Shown: piece by piece, positions 53,751-64,000 of the stretch
How the letters are laid out: each line of letters starts with the position of its first letter
How positions within the stretch are numbered: position 1 is the stretch's first letter
From: Bdellovibrionales bacterium
Lineage (GTDB): Bacteria > Bdellovibrionota > Bdellovibrionia > Bdellovibrionales > JAUICD01
DNA length: 64,000 nucleotides
Assembly (NCBI GenBank): GCA_965203275.1
Contig: OZ241865.1
Span: 2,336,001 to 2,400,000, forward strand
Reading direction: 5' to 3'
Position numbers and translations under genes: made by a program
Notes under the pieces: model-generated
Seen by the model: only the letters and a program-made list of their open reading frames with translations
Database searches by the model: none
What the model was told of the DNA's origin: nothing

Positions 53751-53913
53751 TTAAGATATATTGTTATTGAGATTAAATGAGGGGAAAATATACCAAAGAG
53801 AGATATATAATTTAAAAGGTCTTAAATAATGTTCTAATAAGATCTCAACAACCTTATTTGTCTAATATGGATTGACAAATAAAGTTGTTGTTGCCTTTGA
53901 GGTCTAAGTGTAG

Positions 53914-54501
53914 TTAGTCGTCGAGGTCGAGTAGTCCTAATTCATTCCTTACCACGCCATTTGCAATACTGGCGCGAATAATACGTATAAGATTCCAAAG
54001 AGTAGTGAGAGACTCCTTTGAAAATACGAGAACACTTCTCAATCCTTCAGGGTCTTTCTTCTGCAAGTATTGGTACGAGATACCTGCTACAATTGAGGCA
54101 CCTAATGAAACAGCCCCTGTTCTTGTCATAAGACGCCTGAGATTTCTATAGAAAGCCTTTACAGCAATTACACTAGCAGTAGCCCCTACTCCTAAAGCAG
54201 CAAAAGTCCTTATACTCGCTGTTGATAACATAACACTGAACGCACCATCATCAGTTTGTGTAGCTGTACTCAGATCACTTTCTAATTCTGTCAATGCTCC
54301 TCTTATAAACTGAGCTTCATCTTGAGTGACAGGTTCTTCATGTTGATCTAATTGAGCTACAGTTCTCTCTTGGGCTTTAGGGGTTTTTGCACTTTTACAA
54401 TTTTGATGATGATCGTGTTTGGCTACTGTCTCTGGAGCAGTAGTGCATCCCACTGATATAGTCACCAAAGCAAATAATAAAAAACTTAAATAATATTTCA
54501 T
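53914..54501 (-). CDS. Lipoprotein (paralogue 2 of 49139..49720)
   Basis: First 33 aa identical; C-terminal part diverged. Confidence 0.8.
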   Translation of the reverse strand: MKYYLSFLLFALVTISVGCTTAPETVAKHDHHQNCKSAKTPKAQERTVAQLDQHEEPVTQDEAQFIRGALTELESDLSTATQTDDGAFSVMLSTASIRTFAALGVGATASVIAVKAFYRNLRRLMTRTGAVSLGASIVAGISYQYLQKKDPEGLRSVLVFSKESLTTLWNLIRIIRASIANGVVRNELGLLDLDD

Positions 54502-54515
54502 GATTGACTCCTTTT

Positions 54516-54780
<265 letters not shown>

Positions 54781-54974
54781 GAATAAGTCCTTCCTTTTGT
54801 TTTTTTAACATTGTGTTAAGGGAACAATTCCTTCTAATGCCTGAATACCGGTTTGCCGGATCCCGGATAAAGTATATTTAAATACCCTTTCATTACTATT
54901 ATCGGCTCAAAATATTGAATACTTTTATCAACTTTTAATTTTGTCTAAAATTTAGTCTTTTGTCTTATGATCCC

Positions 54975-55230
54975 TAACATTTCACTCAAAGTGAACTGGC
55001 CTCTGGCCACTTTTGGACAATGACCATTTTGCCAATGGTGAAAAAAGTGAAATAAACATCTTGTTTCCTTAACATCGTGTAAAGAGACGAGAGGATCCTT
55101 CCTACTAAAAATAAACGGATTTTTGAGGCAATCAGCCTTTGATCGACGGCGAGAGCCGTCGGGCTGATTGCCCAAAAACAGCCAGAGGCTGGTTTATTTT
55201 TAGTGAAATGGACCACTTTTAGTGAAATGG
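54975..55230. repeat. Structured repeat cluster (partial forward plus full reverse copy)
   Basis: actaaaaataaac/gtttatttttagt, ggcaatcagcc/ggctgattgcc, cgacggc-gaga-gccgtcg. Confidence 0.9.
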
Positions 55231-55231
55231 A

Positions 55232-55915
55232 TCACTTTGAGTGAGAAAGAAGATTTTCTCTACAGGCCATTAAATTTGCTTCAGGTGACCCTTGAGAGTT
55301 ATAATTTTCTATTGCATTGGCCACTGAGAATTGATGATGGATATTGGCATACTGTGTAGCACTCCAACCGTTATCGTTGATCACATTTGTTCTTGCACCT
55401 ACACTTAATAAAAGACATATTGTTTGCTTATGAGTCATAAGAACAGCTAGCATCAAAGCTGTATTGCCATAGATGTCTGTGTCATTAATCGTTTGATGCC
55501 CACCAGATTGTAAAATCCATGATATAACGTCAATATCATCACTTTGGTCTGTAGCCACCATTAAAGGTGTTTCTTCATACTTGGAAATAGTAAAGTTAAG
55601 ATCAGCACCAAAATCTAAGAGTAATCGAATGATTTTCTTTTTATCATTTTCTGTCTTACAACGTTTACCATAAAGAGCTATTTGCAAAAGTCGATTGCCA
55701 GAAAGATCTACCAAATCAGGGCTTTCACCATAAACAAGTGTAAGTTCTACTCCTTTAGTATTACACAATTCTACAGACCACAATAAGGGTGAGTGTTGGG
55801 TATTGTTGATTGTATGTATTCGATTATTTTCATAAAAAGAATATCCAAAGGAAGGGATAAGGGTCATCAACAGAACATAAATAAAAAGCCTTGAAGTTTT
55901 GTAAAATATCATCAT
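55232..55915 (-). CDS. Exported ankyrin-repeat protein
   Basis: Signal peptide, ETPLMVA, GNTALMLA, GADLN. Confidence 0.85.
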   Translation of the reverse strand: MMIFYKTSRLFIYVLLMTLIPSFGYSFYENNRIHTINNTQHSPLLWSVELCNTKGVELTLVYGESPDLVDLSGNRLLQIALYGKRCKTENDKKKIIRLLLDFGADLNFTISKYEETPLMVATDQSDDIDVISWILQSGGHQTINDTDIYGNTALMLAVLMTHKQTICLLLSVGARTNVINDNGWSATQYANIHHQFSVANAIENYNSQGSPEANLMACRENLLSHSK

Positions 55916-55952
55916 ATTTTAACATTACCTGATAAAAATTAATTAGACAAGC

Positions 55953-56820
55953 TTTGGTTCACTCAAAATGCATAAATTTTTGAGGCAATCAGCCTTTGAT
56001 CGACGGCGGTAGCCGTCGGGCTAACTGGTATTAGAAAGATATTTTCCTTAACATCATGTTAAAAGAGGAAAGGATCCTTTCTACTCAAAGTGAACAGGCT
56101 TTTGAGACAATGACCATTTTGTCAAAGGCGAAAGCCTTTGCGGTCATTGTCCAAAAGTGACCAGAGGTCAGTTCACTTTGAGTGAAACAGAGGCTGGTTT
56201 ACTTTTAGTGAACCAACTCCTCCAACCTGCCTCCGCCTCCCACTCATAGTATTCTTCATTTTTTTGAGAGTTACGCAGAATCTAAAAGAGAATAAAAAAA
56301 CAACTAGCTTGTTTCCTTAACATGGGGTAAAGAGATGAAGAGATCCTTCTTCCTAAAATTGAACAGGTGTAAAAAGGAACCTTTTCCTTAACATGGTGTC
56401 AAGAAACGAAGAGATCCTCTCTACTAAAAGTAAACGGACTTTTGAGACATTGCTCTTTTTGGACAGCGATAGCTGTCAGAGCAATGTCCAAAAGTAGCCA
56501 GAGGCTAGTTTACTTTTAGTGAAACAAACCACTTTTAGTGAAACAACTCCTTAACATGATGATTTGAGAGTGAAGCATCTTGCTTTTTCCTTTACATGAT
56601 GTTATAAGCTAGAAAGGATTCTCTTTCCAGGATCCGGGATCTGGCAACCCGGGAAGCAGGTGTAAAAAGGAACTTTTTCCTTAACATGGTGTCAAAAAAC
56701 GAAGGGATCCTCCCTACTAAAAGTAAACGGACTTTTGAGACATTGCTCTTTTTAGACAGCGTAAGCTGTCAGAGCAATGTCCAAAAGTAGCCAGAGGCTA
56801 GTTTACTTTTAGTGAAACAA
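55953..56820. repeat. Large cluster of structured repeats (3 full reverse copies, partials, GGATCCC element)
   Basis: Full copies ~56043-56190, ~56381-56527, ~56674-56820. Confidence 0.9.
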
Positions 56821-56838
56821 CTAGAAGGTACAAATAAA

Positions 56839-57924
56839 GTGTTTATTGATGAAGTCCACATTAAAGTATGCTCTGGTAGTGGGGGGGCTGGTTGCGTAAG
56901 TTATCGTAGAGAGAAGTTTCTACCTAAAGGAGGGCCTGACGGAGGAGACGGAGGTCGAGGCGGTGATATGATCTTCAAAACCAATCCTCACCTAAAATCT
57001 TTATTCGACCTCACAAAGAAAAAACATTACAAAGCTGAAGATGGTCAATCTGGAGGAGGACAGAGGAAAACAGGAAAAAACGGCAAGGACCTTGTCATTG
57101 AAGTTCCTGTAGGGACTTTGCTAAAAGATACCGATGGATATATACTCCATGACCTTTGCTCACCAACCAGTCAAGTTTGTCTTTTAAAAGGAGGTAAGGG
57201 CGGAAAAGGCAATCACTTTTTTAAAAACAGCCAAAACCAAACCCCATTTACTGCACAGACTGGTCAAAAAAGTCAAGAAATGTCCTTATGCTTAGAACTC
57301 AAACTGATAGCTGACTTAGGCTTGATAGGGTTTCCTAATGCGGGTAAGTCTAGTTTGCTTTCTCGCATATCTGCAGCCAAACCTAAAATAGCTGATTACC
57401 ATTTTACAACACTTAGTCCTCATATTGGAGTCATTAATTTAGATGCACTTCAACCACAAATCAATGAACCACTTACTGTGGCAGATATTCCAGGTCTTGT
57501 TGTCAATGCTCATAAGGGGGTTGGCCTAGGACATAAGTTTTTAAAACATGTAGAACGTAGTAAAGCTCTTATTTATGTGTTAGATGCTTTATCAGAGACA
57601 AATCCTATCGATGATTATAAAGCCCTTCAAAAAGAGATCGCTTGTTATCAAAAAGGCAAACAGTTTTTTTTAGATTCATCTGATCTTGATCTTCTCAAGC
57701 GTCCTTTTCTTGTTGTACTCAATAAAATAGATGCCTTGCCAAATCAAAAACTTAAGGATATACTCTTGGAATTTAAAGAAGAACATATTTCAGTGATCCC
57801 TGTTTCTGCAAAAGAGGGGCTAGGTTTGCAATCTCTTTTACATCAGATGCAAAACACTGTACAACAAAAAGAGTTCTGTAATGTTATGACTTTCAAACAG
57901 GAGGCTCAAGCTATTGACTTATGA
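56839..57924 (+). CDS. obgE: GTPase ObgE/CgtA
   Basis: FIDEV, GGPDGGDGGRGG, GFPNAGKSS, DIPG, NKID; start placed at GTG 56839. Confidence 0.96.
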   Translation: MFIDEVHIKVCSGSGGAGCVSYRREKFLPKGGPDGGDGGRGGDMIFKTNPHLKSLFDLTKKKHYKAEDGQSGGGQRKTGKNGKDLVIEVPVGTLLKDTDGYILHDLCSPTSQVCLLKGGKGGKGNHFFKNSQNQTPFTAQTGQKSQEMSLCLELKLIADLGLIGFPNAGKSSLLSRISAAKPKIADYHFTTLSPHIGVINLDALQPQINEPLTVADIPGLVVNAHKGVGLGHKFLKHVERSKALIYVLDALSETNPIDDYKALQKEIACYQKGKQFFLDSSDLDLLKRPFLVVLNKIDALPNQKLKDILLEFKEEHISVIPVSAKEGLGLQSLLHQMQNTVQQKEFCNVMTFKQEAQAIDL

Positions 57925-58922
57925 ACAATCCAAATCAAAAAATACATCGCATTGGAATTTTTGGAGGAAGTTTTAATCCTTTTCATAAAGGACATCTCAA
58001 TAGTGTTTTATCAGTTGCCACTAAAAAGCACCTTGAAAAGGTTTTAATTATACCTGCCCATCAAACTCCTCACAAAACCTTTATTGAAAATCCTTCTCCT
58101 AAACAAAGATTAAAAATTGCTCAGTTAGGATGCTCAGAATACACAGATATTCTACAAGTCGATTCTAGGGAAGTTAATAGACAAGATATTAGCTATACGA
58201 TCACAACTCTTAAAGAGCTTAATACAAATAATACACAATTATTTTTAATTATTGGTTTGGATTTGTTTTACAGCCTTGATCATTGGAAGGAATATAAAGA
58301 TATTTTAAAGACATCTAATTTATTAGTCACTTCAAGGCCTCATTTTTTCTTTCCAGAATCTATAGAGGAGTTTCCAAAAGGCTTACAGGATGATGTTAAA
58401 AGCTTTAGTTTGCAAAAAGTTGAACTCTCATCAGGAAAAACTATAGAGTTTATTCAAATTGATCAGGATGTTGATATTTCGTCTACACGTTTAAGGAGGA
58501 AAATCCAAAATAATAAATCAACATATCATTATCTTGATGTACAAGTTGAAGAATATATAAAAGAAAACAAACTTTATCAGGAACAACGCAGTAAGGGTGA
58601 CCTTCAACAGATAGTGACCTTTGCTCAAAAGGTGTTGGATGAACAAAAAGCTATGAACATTAAAGCATTTCATTTATCATCCAGAAGTACTATTGCAGAG
58701 CATATATTGATTGCTTCTGGAATGAGTCGGCGACATACTCAGAGTTTGTCTGATATTCTTATTCAGAGGATTAAAGATGAATTTTCTATTGGGCCGATGG
58801 GTGTAGAAGGTATGACTGAAGGGCATTGGGTAGCTATAGATTATAGCTTTTTTATTGTGCATATTTTCTATCATTATATAAGAGATAAATACCAATTAGA
58901 ATCTCTATTTTCCTCACAATAA
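57921..58922 (+). CDS. nadD: Nicotinate-nucleotide adenylyltransferase fused to ribosome silencing factor RsfS
   Basis: GGSFNPFHKGH, SYTITTL, IIGLD, ISSTRLR; C-terminal ~110 aa WVAIDY..IVHIF...R..YQLESL. Confidence 0.88.
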   Translation: MNNPNQKIHRIGIFGGSFNPFHKGHLNSVLSVATKKHLEKVLIIPAHQTPHKTFIENPSPKQRLKIAQLGCSEYTDILQVDSREVNRQDISYTITTLKELNTNNTQLFLIIGLDLFYSLDHWKEYKDILKTSNLLVTSRPHFFFPESIEEFPKGLQDDVKSFSLQKVELSSGKTIEFIQIDQDVDISSTRLRRKIQNNKSTYHYLDVQVEEYIKENKLYQEQRSKGDLQQIVTFAQKVLDEQKAMNIKAFHLSSRSTIAEHILIASGMSRRHTQSLSDILIQRIKDEFSIGPMGVEGMTEGHWVAIDYSFFIVHIFYHYIRDKYQLESLFSSQ

Positions 58923-59030
58923 AGCCAATGGACAAGATACACTTTGCAGGTCAAAAATACTTGCTATGGTTTATTTTTTCAATTAAGGTATATTATTGAA
59001 CTAGTTTATTGAACTAGTTGTGAATAGCAA

Positions 59031-59104
59031 TGGGGTATAGCCAAGCGGTAAGGCACTGGGTTTTGATCCCATGATCGTAGGTTCGAATCCTGCTACCCCA
59101 TCCA
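59031..59104 (+). tRNA. tRNA-Gln (TTG)
   Basis: Acceptor stem tggggta/tacccca, D-arm agccaagcggtaaggc, anticodon loop tt-TTG-at, GGTTCGAATCC, encoded CCA. Confidence 0.92.
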
Positions 59105-59144
59105 ATGGATACAAAACTTGTCAATGATATAAGAGTTATGCAAT

Positions 59145-60005
59145 ATGCATTTTATAGCTGAAGGTCTAAATGATTCTCATCAGGTTAAATGGCCAACAAA
59201 GTTACTTAATAAGCCTCAAGCTCATCCTTTCGTCAAATGGGCTGGAGGGAAAAGATCTTTAATCCCTATACTAAGTGTTTTACTTCCTAACAAATTTAAA
59301 GACTATTATGAACCATTCGTGGGTGGAGGTTCTGTTTTTTTCTCTTTAGCTCATTGTATCCACAAAGCCTATTTATCTGATTTAAATCAAGTTTTGATGT
59401 ACACCTATCAAATCGTTCAACAAAAACCTCATCATTTGATTAATGCATTAAAAAAGCATCAGAGCAATCATAGCAAAAAATATTATGAACAGATCAGAGA
59501 TCAGTATGGCTTTCAATCTAAGTCCATTGATCTAGCTGCTACATTTATTTACTTAAATAAAACATGTTTTAATGGATTATATCGTGTGAATCGATCAGGT
59601 AAGTTTAATGTACCCATAGGGAGTTATAACAATCCTATGATTTGCAATGAAGCAAATTTACTCAATGCCAGTAGGGTTTTAAAGAAGGCAACCCTTAAGT
59701 CGCAATCATTTGAAGCAATCCATCCTCAAGCACAGGATCTTATTTATTGTGATCCTCCTTATGATGAAACCTTTACCTCATACACTCAAAATGGTTTTAA
59801 TTCTGCCAGTCAAGAGAAGCTAAAAAATTACTGCGATGAATGGAGGAAGCTTGGTGCTTATGTGGTTATTTCTAATAATGATACACCTTTGATCAGGGAG
59901 CTTTATAGAGGGTATCGGTTTATTCGGGTAGAGATGACAAGAAATATCAACAGGGATGGAAGTAAAAGAAATAAAGTCCCTGAGCTTTTAATCTTGGGCT
60001 ATTGA
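59145..60005 (+). CDS. Dam-family (D12 class) DNA adenine methyltransferase
   Basis: KWAGGK, EPFVGGGSV, NKTCFNGLYRVN, DPPY. Confidence 0.92.
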   Translation: MHFIAEGLNDSHQVKWPTKLLNKPQAHPFVKWAGGKRSLIPILSVLLPNKFKDYYEPFVGGGSVFFSLAHCIHKAYLSDLNQVLMYTYQIVQQKPHHLINALKKHQSNHSKKYYEQIRDQYGFQSKSIDLAATFIYLNKTCFNGLYRVNRSGKFNVPIGSYNNPMICNEANLLNASRVLKKATLKSQSFEAIHPQAQDLIYCDPPYDETFTSYTQNGFNSASQEKLKNYCDEWRKLGAYVVISNNDTPLIRELYRGYRFIRVEMTRNINRDGSKRNKVPELLILGY

Positions 60006-60539
60006 TAGTACTTCTTTCATTTGGTTTACTTCTTCTAAATATTTATCCTCATCACTTTGCAGTTCTGCGATTTCTCTTTTTAATCGAGTTATACTAAATT
60101 TTTTCATAATATATACTTCAATACCCATGTCGCTTTGCTTGCCATTACTTCTCATAAAACATTTTGGTGAATGCCATGTACCATTTCTTAGACCGCCGAA
60201 ACATTGATCATTGATCTCGTATTCAAGGGTTTCAATATCTTCTTGCAATCTATTTATTCTTGCTCTTATCGCATAGACCAGTTCTTGAGTTTGATGCATT
60301 TCTTCAATGCTTCTTTCAATATCCGTAGGTATGACGGTTGTGACCACATCTGTGACCACATCTGTGACCACTCGATCATCTCCTTGCTCTTGTCCAGATG
60401 TTGCTTGTCCAAATGTTGTATGAGGTACACTGCAAATCAATATAAGGATGATCAGATATCCTTGAATGGCTATTTTTTGTTTTGAAAACCAAAATAAATC
60501 CATAATTTGTTGGTTTTGTTGGTTGATAAAAGTCATCAT
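59988..60539 (-). CDS. Hypothetical exported coiled-coil protein
   Basis: Hydrophobic N-terminal segment, VVTD 12-bp repeats, SD GGAGG. Confidence 0.65.
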   Translation of the reverse strand: MMTFINQQNQQIMDLFWFSKQKIAIQGYLIILILICSVPHTTFGQATSGQEQGDDRVVTDVVTDVVTTVIPTDIERSIEEMHQTQELVYAIRARINRLQEDIETLEYEINDQCFGGLRNGTWHSPKCFMRSNGKQSDMGIEVYIMKKFSITRLKREIAELQSDEDKYLEEVNQMKEVLSIAQD

Positions 60540-60896
60540 AATATTACCTCCTATACCTTAAAATTTGATATTTTACTTTACTTGCTTAATTTAAGGATTT
60601 TAAATTATTTTATATGAAAAAGCAACATTTATTTTTGTATTTGTATATATTTAGATAAAAATCGTGTAAAATTTTCTCACTTTGTTTTATTAAAGCTGAG
60701 CCTGTCATTTTTTGTTGCTCTGGGCCTCAAGGTAGGGTTTTTAGGCTTTTTTCAAGGCTAAATATTGCTGGCTTCTTGCATTTTAGGCAATGCATCATAA
60801 TTTCGTATGCCCAGTTGCATTTTTAGCAAAATGAATGTAAAATAAATTTAGGGAAGTAATAGGCAAGTAACAAGTAAAAGTAGAGGTATTAGAAAA

Positions 60897-61286
60897 ATGA
60901 ACGAAATTTTACAAAGAATAAAAAACGACTGGCCTTCTTTTGTATTATGGTGGATTTTTCCACTTGTTTTAACGTCTTTAGGCTACGTTATTAAAGTACA
61001 ATTATATAATCACATACCTACACAGATCAGAGAAGTTAAGACAGAGCTTAGGAGAGATATTAATAGGTTGGATAAAAATATTGATGGGATTGAATTAAAA
61101 ATTGATAGAATGAATCAACGCTTTGATAGAATGGCCGAACAAAACAATCAACGCTTTGATAAAATAAATCAACGCCTTGATAAGATGGCTGAACAAAACA
61201 ATCAACGCCTTGATAAAATGGTTGCACAAAACAATCAAAACTTCAAAGATATGATGTTTCTATTAAGTAATAAAAAATCCAATTAG
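60897..61286 (+). CDS. Membrane-anchored coiled-coil repeat protein
   Basis: N-terminal TM; NQR(F/L)DKMAEQN repeats; SD GAGGT. Confidence 0.7.
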   Translation: MNEILQRIKNDWPSFVLWWIFPLVLTSLGYVIKVQLYNHIPTQIREVKTELRRDINRLDKNIDGIELKIDRMNQRFDRMAEQNNQRFDKINQRLDKMAEQNNQRLDKMVAQNNQNFKDMMFLLSNKKSN

Positions 61287-61742
61287 TGTTTGATCTTATA
61301 CTTTATCCCACTAAATTATTTTCTTAAGTTTGCTAATGGTATATCAAGACAGAAAAGCCTCAATGACATTTAGTCATACATCACTAGTCTATTCTGTTTT
61401 GTAGTACCAGCCACTCACAACAACTTTACAACCTAAACTCCTTATACAAGCATGCTTTAAAACCATGTTTATATTATTTCAGAGCAATTAAAGGTGGAAG
61501 CATCACAAATCTCAACGCATCAAATTTTCTTTACAAACTTGATCACAAGATAGAAGCCTAGTGGCATAAAAGTCTTGATCTACTTGTAACTAACTGAATT
61601 AACTTAAATTTATTTTTTCTAACTACTTAAGCTCAAATCAATTATTAAAGTTTTTACAACAAATTTTCGATAAGTTATTTAATACTAAAGAGTCTTTAGT
61701 ATTCATTTCAAATCTCTATGCTAAGTTAAAGAGGTATTTATT

Positions 61743-64000
61743 ATGAAAAATTCACTTTCATCTGTCTGCCCCCCCCCCCCAAAGCTCTGCGTCATGGCTA
61801 TTTTTTAGCATATAAGTCTTTAAAACAATTTATTTTGCCCATTTATGATCTCAAGCTGATCAAAGCTTTACTTTATTTACCTTACAAAATGGCCATTTCA
61901 CAAAAACAACAAAAAGTTAGTTTTATTCAAAAATGTGTAAAGTGCAGAGGTCAAATATCTATTTTGATGGCTTTGATTTTTCCTGTTTTATTTGTGTTTT
62001 TTGCTATGACCATCAATATTGGTCTTTTGGTGCATGATAAAATTAATTTACAAAACTCAGTGGATTTAGCAGTTTATTATGGGGCAACAAAGCAGGCAGA
62101 AATTCTCAATGCCATCGCTCATATTAATTATCAGTTGAGACAAAACTGGAAATTACTAGCATTTCGACTCAGGGGGTTTGGTGATTTTGGATCTGAAAAC
62201 CACCCATGGCTTTTAAATTCAAAAGTGACAGGAACATTTTCAGACAATGATGATTGGAGACCGCTAAATAATCCTAAATACCCGGGAGAACCCTCACCAG
62301 TATCTGTTTGCACTCAAGTAGGTGAGAATTGGATGCAAAGGTATGTCGGTGATCGTACTATTAACCGGAAAAGAAAAGATTTTGCATGTAATAAACCAGA
62401 TTCAGTGATTTCAGGTGTGCCTATAACTCAAGCTGTTCAAAATGCTCCCTTCACACTCCTAGCTGAAGAGTTCGAAGAGTACACAGTGCATGCACAAAAA
62501 AAAGGCATGGAACAATGTATTAGCCATGGAGCAAGCAACTGGTTTACAGCATCTGTTTGGTTTTTTGCCTATAAATACAATTTAATCATTAGGAAGATAG
62601 CTATTGAAAAATTAGCAGAGCTTTTAGAAAAGGGACAAGACCTAAGTGGCAAAAAGATAGAAGCTGGTGTAAAAAAAACTTTTGAAAATAACCTGACACG
62701 TTCTAATCGAGATGCTGTTAGAAATGATGATGTCCATTGGAATTATTTTAATTCTATGAAGGATATTAATAGGTCTGCATGGCTTGTAGAAACGCCTCTT
62801 TTACCTTTTATTTACTATACAGATAGTGAATATGCGGGTGGTGGGCGTGGTGGAAGTGATCCTAATTGTACTTATATTATTAAGCTTTTAGAAAATGAAC
62901 CTTATCATTTCACACATCCTACTTATAATAATACTCTTGTTTATGATACAGATAGATATCAAGTTATTAAAGAACATCTAAGATATCTTACTGCTGTTGA
63001 ACCGCCGATGGGTGATCCCGGTATACCAATAGAAAATACGAATATGCATATTTCTATTGCCAGTATGGTCAGCTATGAAAAAAATCCTTGGTACATGGTT
63101 TACTCTGGGCTTAATGTACAACTTGAAGCAGGTAATAGAATCTTTAGTCCTTTTAAGCCCGGTTCACCTACTCTTAAAGCAAAGGCTTTTGCTAAACCTT
63201 TTGGTGGGAGGATAGGACCATGGATGTTTCCGACTTGGCCAGAAGGTAGTCGTCGATCTCAAAATAATAATAACCCAATTGATATGATGCTTCAACCTAT
63301 TATAAGGGATGAAAATGGAGATGCAAATACAGCAAGCCTTCTTGATCCTAATCGTGTACCTAATTACTCAAGGTTTCCCGGGGATGAATTCGGATTAAAC
63401 TCTCAAAAAGCACTTGGTGTTTTTCGTTATTTAATAGATCAGATGTCTCATATAGATTTAAGCTATAATGACTTTTTAAAAGAATCCATCTTACCTTCAT
63501 TGGAAGATTTAGGAAACCCTGGACAGCAATATGATCCTCTCGCATGGGATCCTATTAATCAAGATCCTAAAGCAGAAGCTCCTAAATCTCGTGTTTTTGA
63601 AGTTCTCTCTGTAGCACCTGACCTTTTTGACATTACTTATTATTCTATTGATCCACAGTTTCATAAGAACCACAGTAACTTAATTGATCTTAATCTTAAG
63701 TTTGTCACGAGGGCCATTGACTTAGGAAATAAGCCTGGAAGCCAATATGATGGGTTCAATGTATTGGATCAATGGGCTTGGATGCACGACATATATCAGG
63801 GCGGCATATTGCCACCTTATCCATTAATTCCTGGAATTCAAATAGGTAGACATGGGGAATGGTTTGTAAAAAAGTGGACACATCTTTTAACAGGTTGGAT
63901 CCCAGAGAAAATGAGAAATGACAAATTTTTTGGTTCTTGTACAGATAAAGGTGATTTAACAAAAAAAACCAGCGAATCTCTCCCTGGATCTTGTGGTATT
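61743..64000 (+). CDS. Tad/Flp pilus TadG-like protein, frameshifted at the C12 tract; runs off the window
   Basis: RGQISILMALIFPVLFVFFAMTINIGLLVHDKINLQNSVDLAVYYGA; this frame is open upstream to the C tract; alternative in-frame ATG at 61889; absent from the ORF track because no stop is in the window. Confidence 0.8.
61769..61780. repeat. C12 homopolymer tract
   Basis: Direct reading; extreme for an AT-rich genome. Confidence 0.95.

Noticed and set aside
56812..56838. ORF-track start of obgE at 56812
   Set aside because: That GTG lies in the repeat end; GTG 56839 gives the canonical MFIDEV start with an SD.
62131..63962. Short minus-strand ORFs at the window end
   Set aside because: They are antisense to the long TadG-like frame on the + strand.

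Overview
AT-rich bacterial chromosome segment, most likely from a Bdellovibrionota (inferred from FQNC-type exported vWA proteins, a Bdellovibrio-like type IVa pilin, a TadG-like gene and mevalonate kinase). It carries housekeeping genes (uvrA, pmm/pgm, frr, lnt, clpP-clpX-lon, galU, tsaC, purD, ftsK, rpe, fmt, rluB-like, obgE, nadD-rsfS fusion, tRNA-Gln). Between them are accessory surface or secreted genes (tandem Cys-repeat vWA adhesins, hexapeptide-repeat proteins, three exported ankyrins, duplicated lipoproteins), a hipBA-type module, an Rpn nuclease and an orphan Dam-like methylase. The most striking signal is non-coding: about 20 full or partial copies of a ~150-bp repeat whose sequence varies widely while a four-helix fold is kept by compensatory changes. 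The copies sit in head-to-head intergenic clusters with stacked ends. There are also several candidate phase-variation switches: a C12 tract frameshifting the TadG-like gene, (GA)19 versus (GA)18 tracts in paired leader ORFs, and a segment bounded by 46-bp inverted repeats upstream of the pilin. Other points are a 5x41-bp HipB-operator-like array, a frameshifted purD and an internal RpnS-like start. All calls come from reading the sequence only; no searches were run.
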